This document shows positions 1 to 18,666 of a stretch of DNA of 64,000 nt, piece after piece. The notes under the pieces are model-generated. The model saw nothing but the letters and a program-made list of their open reading frames with translations. It was not told the DNA's origin and did not search any database. Source of the stretch: Eledone cirrhosa (Eukaryota); assembly GCA_964016885.1 (NCBI GenBank), contig OZ024741.1:179490001-179554000 (forward strand). The letters are read 5' to 3'. The position numbers and the translations under genes are program-made. Within the stretch, counting starts at the first letter, position 1; each line of letters begins with the position of its first letter.

Positions 1-99
1 TCTGTGGTATATAACAACTGAAGTAAAAGAATAAAATAAAGAAAAAACAACATGATAATAACAGATATGATGAAGAAATAGCAAAAATAATTAAACTAC

Positions 100-131
<32 letters not shown>

Positions 132-769
132 CAGGATTTACACTGTTTATAGTAATTTGACATTCTCTTCTGCTAAATGTTAACGAAATTGCTGCCAAAA
201 ATTTAAATTTACAAATCTGATTTTTTTCTTTTTCATTTTATATTATTTGGAAGGGGGAAGAAAAATTATGGAAGACATAGCAATGATGAATAGAAAGAAT
301 ATTATTTTAATCAATGGTGTAAGAGAATTTCATTTTTCACATCTTCACTCAAGAAATAAGACAAGTCTATATTCTCTTGAAGAAGGCCTCGTTGTGAGTG
401 GTAACATTTTGGCTTAGTGACCAGAACCAGACTTTAGCAAAGTAGGGTTAGGGTTTAGGTTTGAGTTAGTTTTTTTTTTTTTTAAATTTATTTAACAACT
501 TCCTGGCTCTTTTATCTCAGGGCTTGGCACAAACATTTTGGAAACTACAGTAAAGTAACACCTTCAGCATTTTTTTTTTTCAAGATTCAGAGCAAAATAA
601 ACCGATTCCATCAGTGAGAAAAAAAAAAAAGGTTAAATATTTCAACTGTCAGGCAGCCAAAAATTGACACAACGGAAATATTATTATCTGTTAAAACATA
701 CAAATACTTCATTTTTAAAAACAACAACTCATAATAATAATAATAATGATGATGATGATGATAGTGATG

Positions 770-805
<36 letters not shown>

Positions 806-1256
806 GCTGATTGAGGTAATTCAGTCATGAGTGTCATTAGAAGCTCGCTGTAAGTGCATGTATGGATGTATGAAATATGACTGTGTAAGTGTACAAGTAT
901 GTGTGTGCATGTGAAATTATGGTTTTTTTAAATTTCTCTAGATGGATTTGTCATAAATTGCTGAAGAATTTCTTTAGGAAGACTATTATTGTCTTTGGAA
1001 AGATGAATATAATGAGAGATGTGATAGCACCAGATTTGAAATGTTAGTAAGTGTTAGAAACAAAAATAATTCAATGGCAATTAAGAAACTTTGAAAAACA
1101 TATAAACTAGTAACATTGAAGTGTAATTGTAGTGTATTGCAGTAAGATTATAGTGTGATTGCAGTGTACAATTACTAAAGTGCTATAAAATAAACCCTTA
1201 CTCATTTTAGTCTGCCGACACACACATATACATACAAAGATTATATATATATACAT

Positions 1257-1462
1257 ATAACGAAGGACATCTGGTAAGGAAGCAGATGGACCATAACGCA
1301 CCAAAGTACTCAATACTTAGGGTAGTAGAGTGGGTAATAGGAACGAGTAGGACCCCGACGGTTGAGCTCAAGCCGTTTCGACGGCTAATTCTAGACTAAT
1401 TAGTCCAGAATTAGCCGTCGAAACGGCTTGAGCTCAGCCGTCGGGGTCCTACTCGTTCCTAT
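1257..1462 (-). mobile_element. Short Penelope-like 3' fragment: tail plus fold-back 3' half of the hammerhead
   Basis: Reverse-complement similarity to 54830-54975. Palindrome 1337-1462 centred at 1399/1400. Lies in (AT)n. Confidence 0.8.
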
Positions 1463-2384
1463 ATATATATATATATATATATTTATATTTATGTATGTTG
1501 TATATGTGGATGTACATATATATATGTGTGTGTGCGTGCATGTGTAAAAATATTAGCTATTTCTGCCTTAACTAAATGCAGGAAAAATATAATCTAGAAG
1601 AAGAATGCAAACTACTATATTAGTAATAGATGTGTATACGAAAGCATATGATATGTTTATATATATTAAACATATACAAGTCCTGTTGTTGGTGTTTTAA
1701 GCTGTGATTATGTCACATATACCTCCTCACATGAGATAGCTGTGACATGATCACTGTTGAAAATACCTATAGTGAGACCAATATCCTTATTATACATAAT
1801 AATATTATATATGCTTTCATATACACCTCTATTATGAATCATGCTATGTTCGTGCTACTGACAATACTATATTAGATATACTGATATTTTAAACTGGTTT
1901 TTCATACTTGACACACACACAAATTGATTACTCAAATGAACTAGCTAATTAATCTAATAATTATAAATGTGATGTGTCGTTAGCTGCTAATGATGGATGT
2001 CAAGACACCAAGATCATTATGTAACAACAGAATAGGGTTTGATTCTGCAGTGCACAGGTTACAGGGTACATTTATGATGAAGATTCACAAATGTTTTCTG
2101 CTGAGTGACAATAATACCTTCTTCAAAGAATATACACATATATATACTTTAATAAACTATTAAATGTTAGGAGACAGAATATTAATATATTTAGACTAAC
2201 TACATGATTAATGGATTTTCCAGTTTAATTTCATTGCTATTAAGAATAGTTAAAAAATGAGATTCTTCTTATCCAAATTCTTTGTACCAATAACTGGAAT
2301 CTAATCCTTATGTTTTTTGTTTTATTCTGAAAACATCTCTTGTTAAGTTCCACATGTTTTAAGTGAATGTTAAATAATTATAAA

Positions 2385-2680
2385 TATTGGCGGCTACATG
2401 AGTAAAATAAAAGTACACGATGGGCTCATGAGAAAAATAGAATTAACTATATGATGGCTACATGAGATATGATGACTACACAAGAAAAATAGAAATATAT
2501 GATAGCTACATAAGAAAACTAAAACTACATAAGGGCAACATGAGAAAAATAGAATTATATGAGGGGGCTACATAATAAAAATAATAAGTATTATACAGGA
2601 CTACATTAGAAAAATATGATGATACAAGAATTAGATGAGCAAAAGAGGAAGATATATTATATAGGGACTACAAGAGAAAA
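2385..2680 (+). repeat. Degenerate ~32-bp minisatellite
   Basis: Repeated ctacatgagaaaaatagaa..atgatg units. Confidence 0.7.
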
Positions 2681-2782
2681 TGAAAAAGAAGAAAATCAAG
2701 AAACCATGGCAGAACATTATATTTAAGCTTTACTATCAGAATGAAATTATTTGGTATCTGTCACAAGTTTTGTTATATCTGT

Positions 2783-3280
2783 TTAACTCTTTGTGACCAA
2801 ATTTCTATGAAATGTACTGTGTATGCTTTTCAGTTAATTTTGAAAAATAATCAAGAATTTGGAGGGATCCAGTAAAATAACTAACTTTATCATAATATAA
2901 AACAGTGAAGGGTCTTCCATAAAATTATGGAGCTCTTAATTTAAATATGAACATTTTAAAATGAAAGGTTTTTATATAAGATTTTTAAGTGGTATCAGGT
3001 GCGTTGGTATTAAACAGTTAACATTATGAACTCTTTTGATACCAAACCACCCCTGGTTCTACGAAACAGAACTATTTGTTTTAAAGTTTTTATATTTATC
3101 TAAGAACTTTCTATGATAATTTCATGTAAGAACCTTTGTTAAGTTATGTCCCAAACATCAGATAAATGGTGAAAAAATTAGTTATATTACTAAATCCCTC
3201 AAAATGGTTAATTATTTTCAAAATTATTTAAAACACTTTGGTGGAGTCTTTCATTAGAAATATGGAAACAAAAGGGTTAA
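2783..3280. mobile_element. Two oppositely oriented copies of a second TTAA/CCCTT-ended MITE family
   Basis: ttaactctttgtgacc..aacagttaa and aactcttttgatacc..caaaagggttaa. The shared motif aataatcaagaatttgg also occurs at 13890-14280 and 17170-18350. Confidence 0.55.
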
Positions 3281-3354
3281 ACAGATTATTATTATTCTTT
3301 TATTTCTATTTTGTTTCATTGCTATTACTTTATCACTCTCTCTCTCTCTCTCAT

Positions 3355-3426
<72 letters not shown>

Positions 3427-4399
3427 CATACATATATAAACACAGTTAAAGTTTAATGTGTGTAAATGTATGATTAAGACCTTAGCCTAATAACTGATTA
3501 ATTAATCAATTGATTGCTTAATTAATTTCAAATGATAGACAAATATTATTTGTGACAGAATTCCTATCTGAGTGACTAGAATAAAATAAATAATTTATTA
3601 GGTAAGTTTTTAAAAAACTTTTCAAAATTTTAGAAAATTGGTGTTAGTCATAAATCAAATGGTGGAAGAAAGAAAAAGATAAAGAAATTACTTGAATTAA
3701 TTACAAAAAATAAAAAATAAACAGACATTGTGGAAATCTCTTATGATAAGATGATATCAGTGATTTAAGCTTTGGTACTTTTAGAAGGGATATTAAAATA
3801 TATAAATATATAAATTAAAAAAAATAAAATAATGATTATGATTTGTTGATTTCATGATCACCGGTCTAACACTATTTCGACTAAATGTATATCTATTGTG
3901 GTTTTCAAATGGTTAATAATTAAATATTAATTTTAATGAATATTTACAAATCCTTTCAGCTGCAAAATAAATAAATAAATAAATCTTCCTGACTGTAATT
4001 AAGTTTTTAAAATATACCTAATTGTAATTGAGATAGAAAAAACAAAACAAAACAATTTGATCTAGATTAAACCTAAAATTAATCTACTATAAAATCTATG
4101 CAAAAACAAATTTAGAAAATAATATATATCAAATATATTTGGAATGGTTGCATTACAGATGAAAAAGAAGAACATTGTCGAAATTTTGTAATATTCTTCA
4201 AAATACTTAAGAAATATTTATATATGAATCGAAATAAAAGTAATATTTAAGGCAAATGCTCCATATTTAACAAGATTTGTTGCATACAGGGCACTATAAG
4301 ATACAAGTGAAGAAAACATGAAGCTGATAGTGCCATTATTACAGTGGAATGTGAGAGTATTGTTTCCTTGTATAACAGTAAAAGAATGATGAAATATAA

Positions 4400-10170
<5,771 letters not shown>

Positions 10171-12551
10171 CGAGAGATAGAGAAATAAAGAAAAAATGAA
10201 AAAGAAAGGAGCATTGTACCAGTCCAATGTAATGCCAAGTCATTTGAACACAATTTGCCTGTGAAAGAAGTGAAAGAATTGATGGAGTTGATGGAGCAAA
10301 AATAAAATGGTACCAGTTTATGGTGATAAATGGTTGAGAAGAGTGTGATTAGATTTACAGATAGTAATGAAAAATAATAAATAATATTTAACTGAATAAA
10401 CAAAAAAGAAACATGATGTTGACTGGATATTTCTTCTCTACTATCTTATGAAACATTATTGAATATAATGAGAGAGGAAATGACATGAGGATTTCTATAT
10501 TGCTATGAGAAAAATAAATTCATGGTGTTTAGGGTAATAAGGTTCATTTGAATTGGAAGAATTCAGAAGATTTCAAAGTTGGTTGTCTATTCAGCTTGAA
10601 GATTTTATTTGGTTTGCACCAGCAAAGGCAGCGGCATCTTCTTCTTCAGCCAGGGCAGAGCAGGAGCAAGAGAATTATATTCAAACATGAACAGCAAAGA
10701 TCAGAGCTTTACATTGACAATGAAGAGTAAACATGAATCGAGTATTTGTTTGGTTGTTGTTGTGGTTGTTTTGTTTTGTTTTGTTTTGTTTTACAAAGAG
10801 ATAATTATAACAAAAAAAAAAGTTTAAAAAATTTCAAACTTGAGAATAACAAGATTGGAACAGAAATTAGAAAGGTTTGCATTTTTTTAGGGTGGTGGGG
10901 TGGGGTAAAAGAAACAACAAAAAATAAGTATATAATGTGATGAAGATTGAATAGTTATTTCTATAAGAAAATGATTAAAAAGATGATGATGGTGGTGGTG
11001 GTGATGGTGATGGTGATGATGATGATGATGATGATGAATGTCACCTAGGAAATGCTGCCATAAGTTGATATGTTACCTGACATTAATCTAGGAAATTATA
11101 AATAATATATGATATATCTGGCAGAAGGATAAAGAAAATGAAATGATTAATGATTTTGGAGTGAGTCAAAGAAAGGATGTAATAATGTAGATTTATATGT
11201 AAAACTATTCTGATAAATGGTGAGGAAAAAAAATTAATTCTACCCAAATCTATTCAAGATGTAATTTAGTAAATATAAGCCATTTTTTTTTTTGTAAATT
11301 AGCAATCTTTGGCTGATAATTGAGATCTTTTCAGCTTATTATATAATCTCAGCTGACCACATTTCCTTCAGTGTTAACAATAAAGCAGTCAGGTAAGAAA
11401 GGCCACAGACATTCTCGTGCTATTTTGCAGCATTGCATTCCTTTTTACGTAATTAAAAAAAAAAGCATGTACAACAGACATGGGAAGATAACTCAGCATA
11501 AAGAGATTTACCATTTTTTTCTTTTTTTTTTGTACCAAAAAATTAGAAATGAAGAACCTCCATATAAGAGATATGCACAGATATATTTTTGGTTGGCACA
11601 GTTTGGTAGAAATTTTACCCCTCCCTCTCATATTTTGCCATGTTTTGTTTTGTACTTGTTCCCGTAGTGTAGGAATATCTGCTAATGTACTGACTCTGGA
11701 CAATATTTTTCGATGCCTTTGAAAACTTTTTAATAAGTAGAAATGTTCTTTGCAATTGAAAATTTCTTTCGTTTTTCTTTTATAAATATTTTGTCCAACG
11801 TTCATCTTTTTATCTTTTTTTTCTTTCAAAAGATCCAACCAACTACATGGTTTTTTTAATTTTTTTCATAAGAGAGAGAGAGCGACTTCGTTTGTATAAT
11901 GCAAGGTGAGAAAATGTTGAATTCAGTTAGAAAAAAATGCCCATTTAACAATTTATTGAGACATTTTTTTGTCATTATATAGCAATAATCTTGAATTTGG
12001 TTTAGGTGAGCTTGACAACACAAAATACTTGCAAGATACGGTTATTTATCCAGGACAATTTTAGCTGAGTTAATTTACTACCGGGGATGACTCCAGCTAT
12101 AAACCAACAGATTCTTTATAGAAAATAGAATCCCAAAGTGTTTTTTTTTAATTTCATTTTCTTATATATATTATCTTCCATTCAACAACTCTTCCCATCC
12201 CACCCTAACCTTAAATATATTTTCTTTTACAACCAATTTGAGGCCAGGTAAAAACTGCGAGATCTACATTTTTCCATCATAGAGGGTGGTAAAAATAAAA
12301 AAAGCCTCTTACCACTTCACTCATTTTTCTACAAGTTATTAAAAGCAGGAAATCATAATCCGTAGGTCCTATATGATACATGCTTCTATCTGAACCACTA
12401 TTTATAGGATACAATTCTAAAAGAGTGGACTTCACAACAAAATAAAGATGTAGCACCAACATTTAAAGAAAGACAAGTTGATTTTTGTGGTAGGTGAGAC
12501 TAAATAAAAAGACTTTTGCCTTTATTTTTTTTTTTGTTTCTTTCTGTAAAA

Positions 12552-13841
12552 TTATTTGATATGGCTTGTTAGATGACAGTTGAAGTCAATGCGGTCTTTG
12601 CAGATAATGTGACAAATTCCACAACGAAAGGGTTCTCCATTGTGTGAATGAAAGCCGTTGTGCAGAACATAGGTGGAACAGTCATCAAAGACAATGTGGC
12701 AGTGAACACATTTAAAAACCTTGCCCTTCAGGATGAGATAAGTCAGCATCGATTGATCATCAGCATCTCTGTCTTTCTGGCTCATTACAACTAATCCAGG
12801 GGAGGGACTTGAAGATTGCGGAGCATTGTCATAATCACTACCATTAGTGCTACTACATCGGCGCATCGGATGTTTCTGTTTGCGAGTATTAGTCGATGAG
12901 GCTGAAGATGATGAGGGCATCATTCGAGAGTTGAGATTGAGACGAGTTATGGCAGATGGCAATTGCTGTCCACCATCTTCATGGGGTGCAATATTATCTG
13001 GAAGAAGAGCACCATCAGGAGATTTTGAACTACATATACTGGAATTTTCTGGAGACTGGTGGGGGAGGTTAGTAGTTGTTAGGTCAGCATCTACCAAATT
13101 ATCATAATGTGAAGTTTCATATCGAAAGATTGGATTACTGTTTGTATCCCGATTACTACTACTAATAATAGATTCTGAACTGAAACGACGGTGACGGTTA
13201 ACGGTTGTAATCATGTCCACTGGTTCTTGGTTGGGAGGGATATTTTCTTGTCCTTCTGAGATCTCTGATTTTTTAATATTTTCTGAATGTAATGAGTGAG
13301 TGGAGAGATCTTCTGGATGGTCCATTGAGGGAGTGAATGATTTAGAGTTGATAGACTGTGCTATGGAGTTAATGGACTGTGGAACGAATGCATTGAGAGA
13401 TGGAGCATTGGACATTGGGGAGAGAGAGGCTTTAGCTAAAGACTTACTCACATCTGGACTGTTATAAGCTAATGGTATATGACTAGAGTAATCAGGTTTA
13501 CCTTCATCAGGGTCAATGATCAAAGATCCTGGTGGAGTGCTTCCTCCTGTATGATCATAGTCCCCATTAGGCATCCCTATATCAGTACCTTGCCCATCAG
13601 AAAGTGAATATATCAAGGCTGGATTATACTGATTGGCATGGTGGGTGGCAACATGATCCTGTAGTTCAGGCCAAGATCCAAATGTCATTTGACAAAGTCG
13701 GCACCGTCGATATGTCATGCTCATGTGTCGGCGTTCATGCATTTTGTAACTTCCACATTGGGCAAAAGTACGGCCACAAATCTTACATTGGTAAGGTTTC
13801 TCACCAGTGTGTACTCTCTCGTGGGTACGTAATGTACCAAC
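12552..13841 (-). CDS. C2H2 zinc-finger transcription factor, last coding exon (end of ZF4, ZF5, ZF6, Ser/Pro-rich region, C-terminal Ikaros/Hunchback-like finger pair)
   Basis: Acceptor gttttgtag|GTT at 13842/13841. Reads VGTLRTHERVHTGEKPYQCKICGRTFAQCGSYKMHERRH into ORF 12552..13742 and ends FKCVHCHIVFDDCSTYVLHNGFH...FRCGICHIICKDRIDFNCHLTSHIK, with TAA at 12552-12554. Confidence 0.95.
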   Translation of the reverse strand, partial: VGTLRTHERVHTGEKPYQCKICGRTFAQCGSYKMHERRHMSMTYRRCRLCQMTFGSWPELQDHVATHHANQYNPALIYSLSDGQGTDIGMPNGDYDHTGGSTPPGSLIIDPDEGKPDYSSHIPLAYNSPDVSKSLAKASLSPMSNAPSLNAFVPQSINSIAQSINSKSFTPSMDHPEDLSTHSLHSENIKKSEISEGQENIPPNQEPVDMITTVNRHRRFSSESIISSSNRDTNSNPIFRYETSHYDNLVDADLTTTNLPHQSPENSSICSSKSPDGALLPDNIAPHEDGGQQLPSAITRLNLNSRMMPSSSSASSTNTRKQKHPMRRCSSTNGSDYDNAPQSSSPSPGLVVMSQKDRDADDQSMLTYLILKGKVFKCVHCHIVFDDCSTYVLHNGFHSHNGEPFRCGICHIICKDRIDFNCHLTSHIK

Positions 13842-15083
13842 CTACAAAACAAAACAATATTGATGAAATTATTGAAATTAAATTAAAATAAAAAGTTAGT
13901 TTTGATTATGTATTTCTAAAAGACACTACCTTGGGTTTTCATTTAATTTAAAAAATAATCAAGAATTTGGAGGCATTTAATAACATAACTAACTTTCTGA
14001 TTTTAAGATGGTGTTTGGTACATAAATTAACAAATATTCTTACATAAAATTTATGATTGAAAGTTTTTAGATAAATAGAAGCACTTTAAAATAAACAGTT
14101 TTATATATTAGCAACAAAGGCAGCTTCAGGTGGTTTAGTATCAAAAGGGTTAAAAGTAAATAGATTAACCCTTTCATTACCATATTTCTAATGAAAGACA
14201 CTTCTGAATTTCAAATAATTTTGAAAATAATCAAGAATTTGGTGGGATTTTGTAATACAACTTTCTTGTGATTATGATACTTTTAAAGAATATTTTGCTT
14301 ATACGATTTGTTAATTCAAATGTCTATAGTATCCTTACTAGTGGATAGATCATTGTAGAAATTTGCAGTAATAAAATAAAGACATCACTTTTTAATATGA
14401 TGCAGTCATAGTGTTGTTTTGTATTTCACAAGAATGTCTTGCTCATGTAGTTTTATGTGGTTTGTTAATTCAAATGTTTATAGTATCTTTACTAGTGGAC
14501 AAATCATTGTGGAAATTTTCAACATTTATTTTGAAACTCTGGAAAGATGAAAAGCAAAGTTGACCTCAGAAAGTAGAAACACAAAACACTTTGTTCAACA
14601 CTTTACCGATACTGTTAATTTACTGCCCTGAAATATTGAGGTAGAAGGCTCAACAATTTGATTGGTAGTTTATCTTATTCAATTCACTCTTGAAGCAGAA
14701 ATTGTAAAGTTGACCTCGGCTGGATTTGAATTCAGAACATTATAAGCCGTAGCTAAATACTGCAAAGCATTTTGTCCATTGCTGCCAATCCACTGACCTC
14801 AATGAAATGAAATAATGATTTCTTTATTAGCCACATAGGGCTCACATTAAGAAAACATTAAAGACGGAACAGGATGGCACATGACGGTACAGTGTGGGGT
14901 TTTTTTTTAAAATAAAATTTTATAACAGAGACTGAGAATATAAATATTTTAAAAAAATCAAACATAACAAATTCCTCAGAGGGTCACTTGTGAAGAAAGC
15001 CCACAAAAATCCTGAATGCTGGGGAATAGATAAAAAGATAGGGAGAGATAGAAAGAGAGAGAAAGTGAGATAGATAGATATAC

Positions 15084-15441
15084 CTGTGTAAACGCTTTCC
15101 CACAAGTCAGACATTTGTAAGGCCTCTCACCAGTGTGGATACGTCTATGAGTTGCTAGACTGCTTTGACTAGAGAACATCTTGCCACAAATTTTACATGT
15201 GTTTGATGGCGATTCTGCTTTGATCCGGCGTGGTTGTACCAAGGACGGCAAATTATTGATACTTTGCTTGAGCAAATGGGATTTTTCATTAGTTGCTTCT
15301 GACATCTGACGAGTATGCACCCTCTCATGCTTCTTCCAGTTGCTGGGATCACTAAACTGTTTACCACATACAGAGCAATGGAACGGCTTCTCTCCAGTAT
15401 GGATACGCTCATGAGCTTTCACATAACCAGATTGGGAAAAA
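15084..15441 (-). CDS. C2H2 zinc-finger transcription factor, internal exon (end of ZF1, ZF2, ZF3, start of ZF4)
   Basis: Acceptor cctag|T at 15442/15441 and donor CAG|gtatat at 15084/15083. TGEKP/TGERP linkers. The phase-2 join completes CRFCGKR-FSQSGYVKAHERIH, and the phase-0 join completes CLTCGKAFTQ-VGTLRTHERVH. Confidence 0.95.
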
Positions 15442-15840
15442 CTAGGTGACAGTAAGTTTAGAGAGAGGAAAAAAACACAATCATTATTAAATCATATGAA
15501 TATTACATTTATGCATGTATGTGTGTATGAGTGAATTGTTACAATGGAAAATTCGGAACAAGATTTTCTATTTTGAAATTTTCTACAATGTTTGATAGGT
15601 TTACAAAGACATATATTAGCATGCATTTTCAAAATAGACATTAAACAAATTTCTTGTCTAACCTTCCTACCATAAATATACATTTTAAAGATATGTAAAC
15701 CTAAAATCTGACATAAGGCCTGAAGTAAAAATAAAAAAAAAACATTAGTTCTATAAGAAACTGAGTCACAGGGTAGTCTTGAAAAACTTCAGTCTTTGTG
15801 TGGTTTATCTAAGACAAATTAGCCAAGCAGAGAGAGAGGA

Positions 15841-15879
<39 letters not shown>

Positions 15880-16385
15880 GAGAGAGAGAGAGAAAGAAAG
15901 ACCATCCCTTTATAAGTTCTAATAATGGGTGGGTTGGTGGGTGGTGTTGATTTGAATTCAGTAGCAAAGGCTAAATAAACACTAATTTATGTTATAATCT
16001 GTTGCTGATTACCCCAACCATGGTGGTACCCATTTACAGCTTGGTGGACTGTGTTGGCAAGAGTTATGTGCCTTGGTTGTAGACACATTGTGGCAGGCAG
16101 TGGTTACGAGAGATGAACAGTAAGTAAAGTCCTTCAGCTGGCTGGTGGAAGACCAACACCCTGTTAACTTGAGACACAAACGTTTACACCTATAGATAAG
16201 ATTAATGTAACAGTCCCTACCATTTTCTAAGCCACTGAATCTTACAATACTGTATTGTATATTTTCAACAAACTACCATAAGTTTCTGAGCAAACCTTGC
16301 ACTATTACCATCCATACAACTGTCAACTTGTTTCATTCGATATTCACACAGATAAAAATACAGGGTTGAATTAAAATATGCTTAC

Positions 16386-16958
16386 CGTTTACCACAAAAT
16401 CGACAAGTGATACGAGATCCAGGGCTTCCGCTACTGTTCATTAGACAACCTGGACTTCCATTACTAGACAAAGCACCATTTTCACAAAGGTTTGACACTG
16501 TCAGTGCACCAGGCGGTATTACACTTAAAGCACAACCATTTTCAGGTATATCATTCGTATTGGTTACACTGCTTCCTCCTCCTCCTACTCCACTGCCACC
16601 ACCGCCACCACCACCACCACCACCACCACCACCACTACCACCACCACCATCGCCACCACCGCCAACATCAATGCCACCGTTACTACTACCGCTACTACTG
16701 CTGCTGACGCCGCCGCTGCTAGCACCACTAGCCCCACCACCACCTCCTCCACTGGTCGCAGAAGTTTGGTTGAGAGCACCAGGAGGTAGGACGGAGCTGC
16801 CAGATATAGACGGTGGTGGTGGTGGTGGCGGTGGTGGTGGAGGTGGCGGACCTCCCCCAAGAGGTAAGCCTGAACCTGGATCTGCATATGATTCAGCCAT
16901 AATATCTGCATCAGATATAGCTGTTCCATTCATTGTTACACTTTTTTCAAAATCAGCC
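16386..16958 (-). CDS. C2H2 zinc-finger transcription factor, exon with poly-Pro/poly-Gly region and start of ZF1
   Basis: Pyrimidine tract and tttatag|G acceptor at 16959/16958. In-frame ATG at 16933 (MNGTAIS). Donor CG|gtaagc at 16386/16385. From ATG 16933 the three exons total 2196 nt (731 aa plus stop). Confidence 0.9.
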
Positions 16959-17262
16959 CTATAAATTTGAGAAAACAATGAAGAAGAAAAAAGGGGGAAA
17001 TAAAAGTTATAAACTAAATTAAAAAGGAAGACAAAAAAACCCCTACAAACTCGAAAGGTTTTTATTCTTATGTGTGACAATAAAAAAAAAAAACGTCCCC
17101 AAGTTGTAAAACTCCTCAGTAAGGTATAAAAATATTAGAATAGGATAATGGAAATCATTTAATAGTATACCAAACTTTTTTGCTACCATATTTCTAATGA
17201 AAGACACTATTATTGTCAAATACATTTGAAAATAATCAAGAATTTGAAGGGATTTTGTAATA

Positions 17263-17415
17263 CAGGTAAAATTCCGTTATAACAAACTTTTTTTCAACCT
17301 CCGAGGTAATAACGAACAAACGTTTGATTTGTTTCGGTCGATCTCGTTATAAAGAATTTTTCATTACAACAATTTTTTTTATGCCCCGTGAATTTCCTTA
17401 TAACGGAATTTCATT
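17263..17415. mobile_element. Tigger/pogo-like MITE
   Basis: TA-CAGGTAAAATTCCGTTATAA ... TTATAACGGAATTTCA inverted ends with internal cgttataa repeats. Confidence 0.6.
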
Positions 17416-17754
17416 TTCTCATTATTAGCTCTTAACATCTTGTAATGATTTAGTAGAAAATATTAAAAAAAAAGTCTGTTAATTCAAATGTCTATTGCAT
17501 TATTAATACGTTAATAATGCAATAGACATTTGAATTAACAGACTCTTTTTTAATACGTATAAGCATTATTAATACGTTAATATCATATTAGAGTAAAGAA
17601 TTTTAATATTATGCAGTCATAGTGCTGTTTACTACTTTTCAAGAATGTCTTGCTAATGCAGTTTCATGTGGTACAGGATAACTAAGTTTAACATAACTAA
17701 GTTTAGGGCATAACTGAAAATTACGACGGAAGGGTTCTAGATAAATATAAACAC

Positions 17755-18350
17755 TTAAACCCTTTTGTTACTATATTTCTAACAAAAGACAATAATTACG
17801 ATTTTGAAATAGTTTTGAAAATAACAAAAAATTTGGAAGGATTTGATGATATATCTAATTTTATCATTATTAAGCAGGAGTTTGGAACATAACTTAAAGC
17901 TTTTTACATAAAATTATGATAGAAGGTTTTTAGATAAAAATAAACACTTTCATCCTTTTGTTACCATATTTCTAATGAAAGACACTGTTTATGATTTTCA
18001 AATATGTTTGAAAATAAGAATTTGGAAGGATTTAGTAATATAACTAATTTTCTCACTAAGTTAGAGTTTGGATCATAAAGGATTTTACATAATATTATGA
18101 TGGAAGGCTTTTAGATAAATATAAACACTTTAGCCCCTTTGTTGCTATATTTCTAATGAAGGACACAGATTTTAAAATACTTTTGAATATAATCAAGACT
18201 TTGGAAGGATTTAGTAAAATAACTAAGTTTCTCATTAAGAAGCTGATGCTTGGAGCATAATTAAACACAGGTTCTTACATAAAATTATGATGAAAAGTCT
18301 TTAGATAAATATAAATACTTGAAAAAGGGTGTTTGGTAACCAAAGGGTTT
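17755..18350 (+). repeat. Tandem array of about three ~185-bp MITE-derived units
   Basis: cccttttgttac(c/t)atatttctaa..tttagataaatataaacactt recurs near 17760, 17950 and 18130. Confidence 0.7.
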
Positions 18351-18635
18351 TAAGATTGCTAAGAGGAATAAAAAGAAAGACATCAATAATGTAACGGAAA
18401 AAGTTATTTCTCGAAGAGGACTCATCATTATTATTATCATCATCATAATTTAACATCTGTATATCCTTCCATGTCGGCATGGGTCATCGCAAAATGGCAT
18501 ATATATACACAAACACACACATATAGTAGAAAACCAGCCAGAAACAGTCCTATACATGGCCCAACTTGCCTCTAAATGGGACAAACCCGTCTTACCCATG
18601 TTAGCGTGGAAGACAGACGTTAAACAATGATGATG

Positions 18636-18666
<31 letters not shown>

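Noticed and set aside
2385-2680. Regularly spaced repeats as a CRISPR array
   Set aside because: Degenerate tandem units without unique spacers, in eukaryotic DNA with no cas genes.
10548-10827. Short ORFs in unique sequence downstream of the zinc-finger stop
   Set aside because: No domain or splice support. More likely the antisense of a long 3' UTR.
16407-16964. Plus-strand 185-aa Pro/Gly-rich ORF
   Set aside because: Antisense shadow of the GC-rich zinc-finger exon, with no independent domain or splice support.
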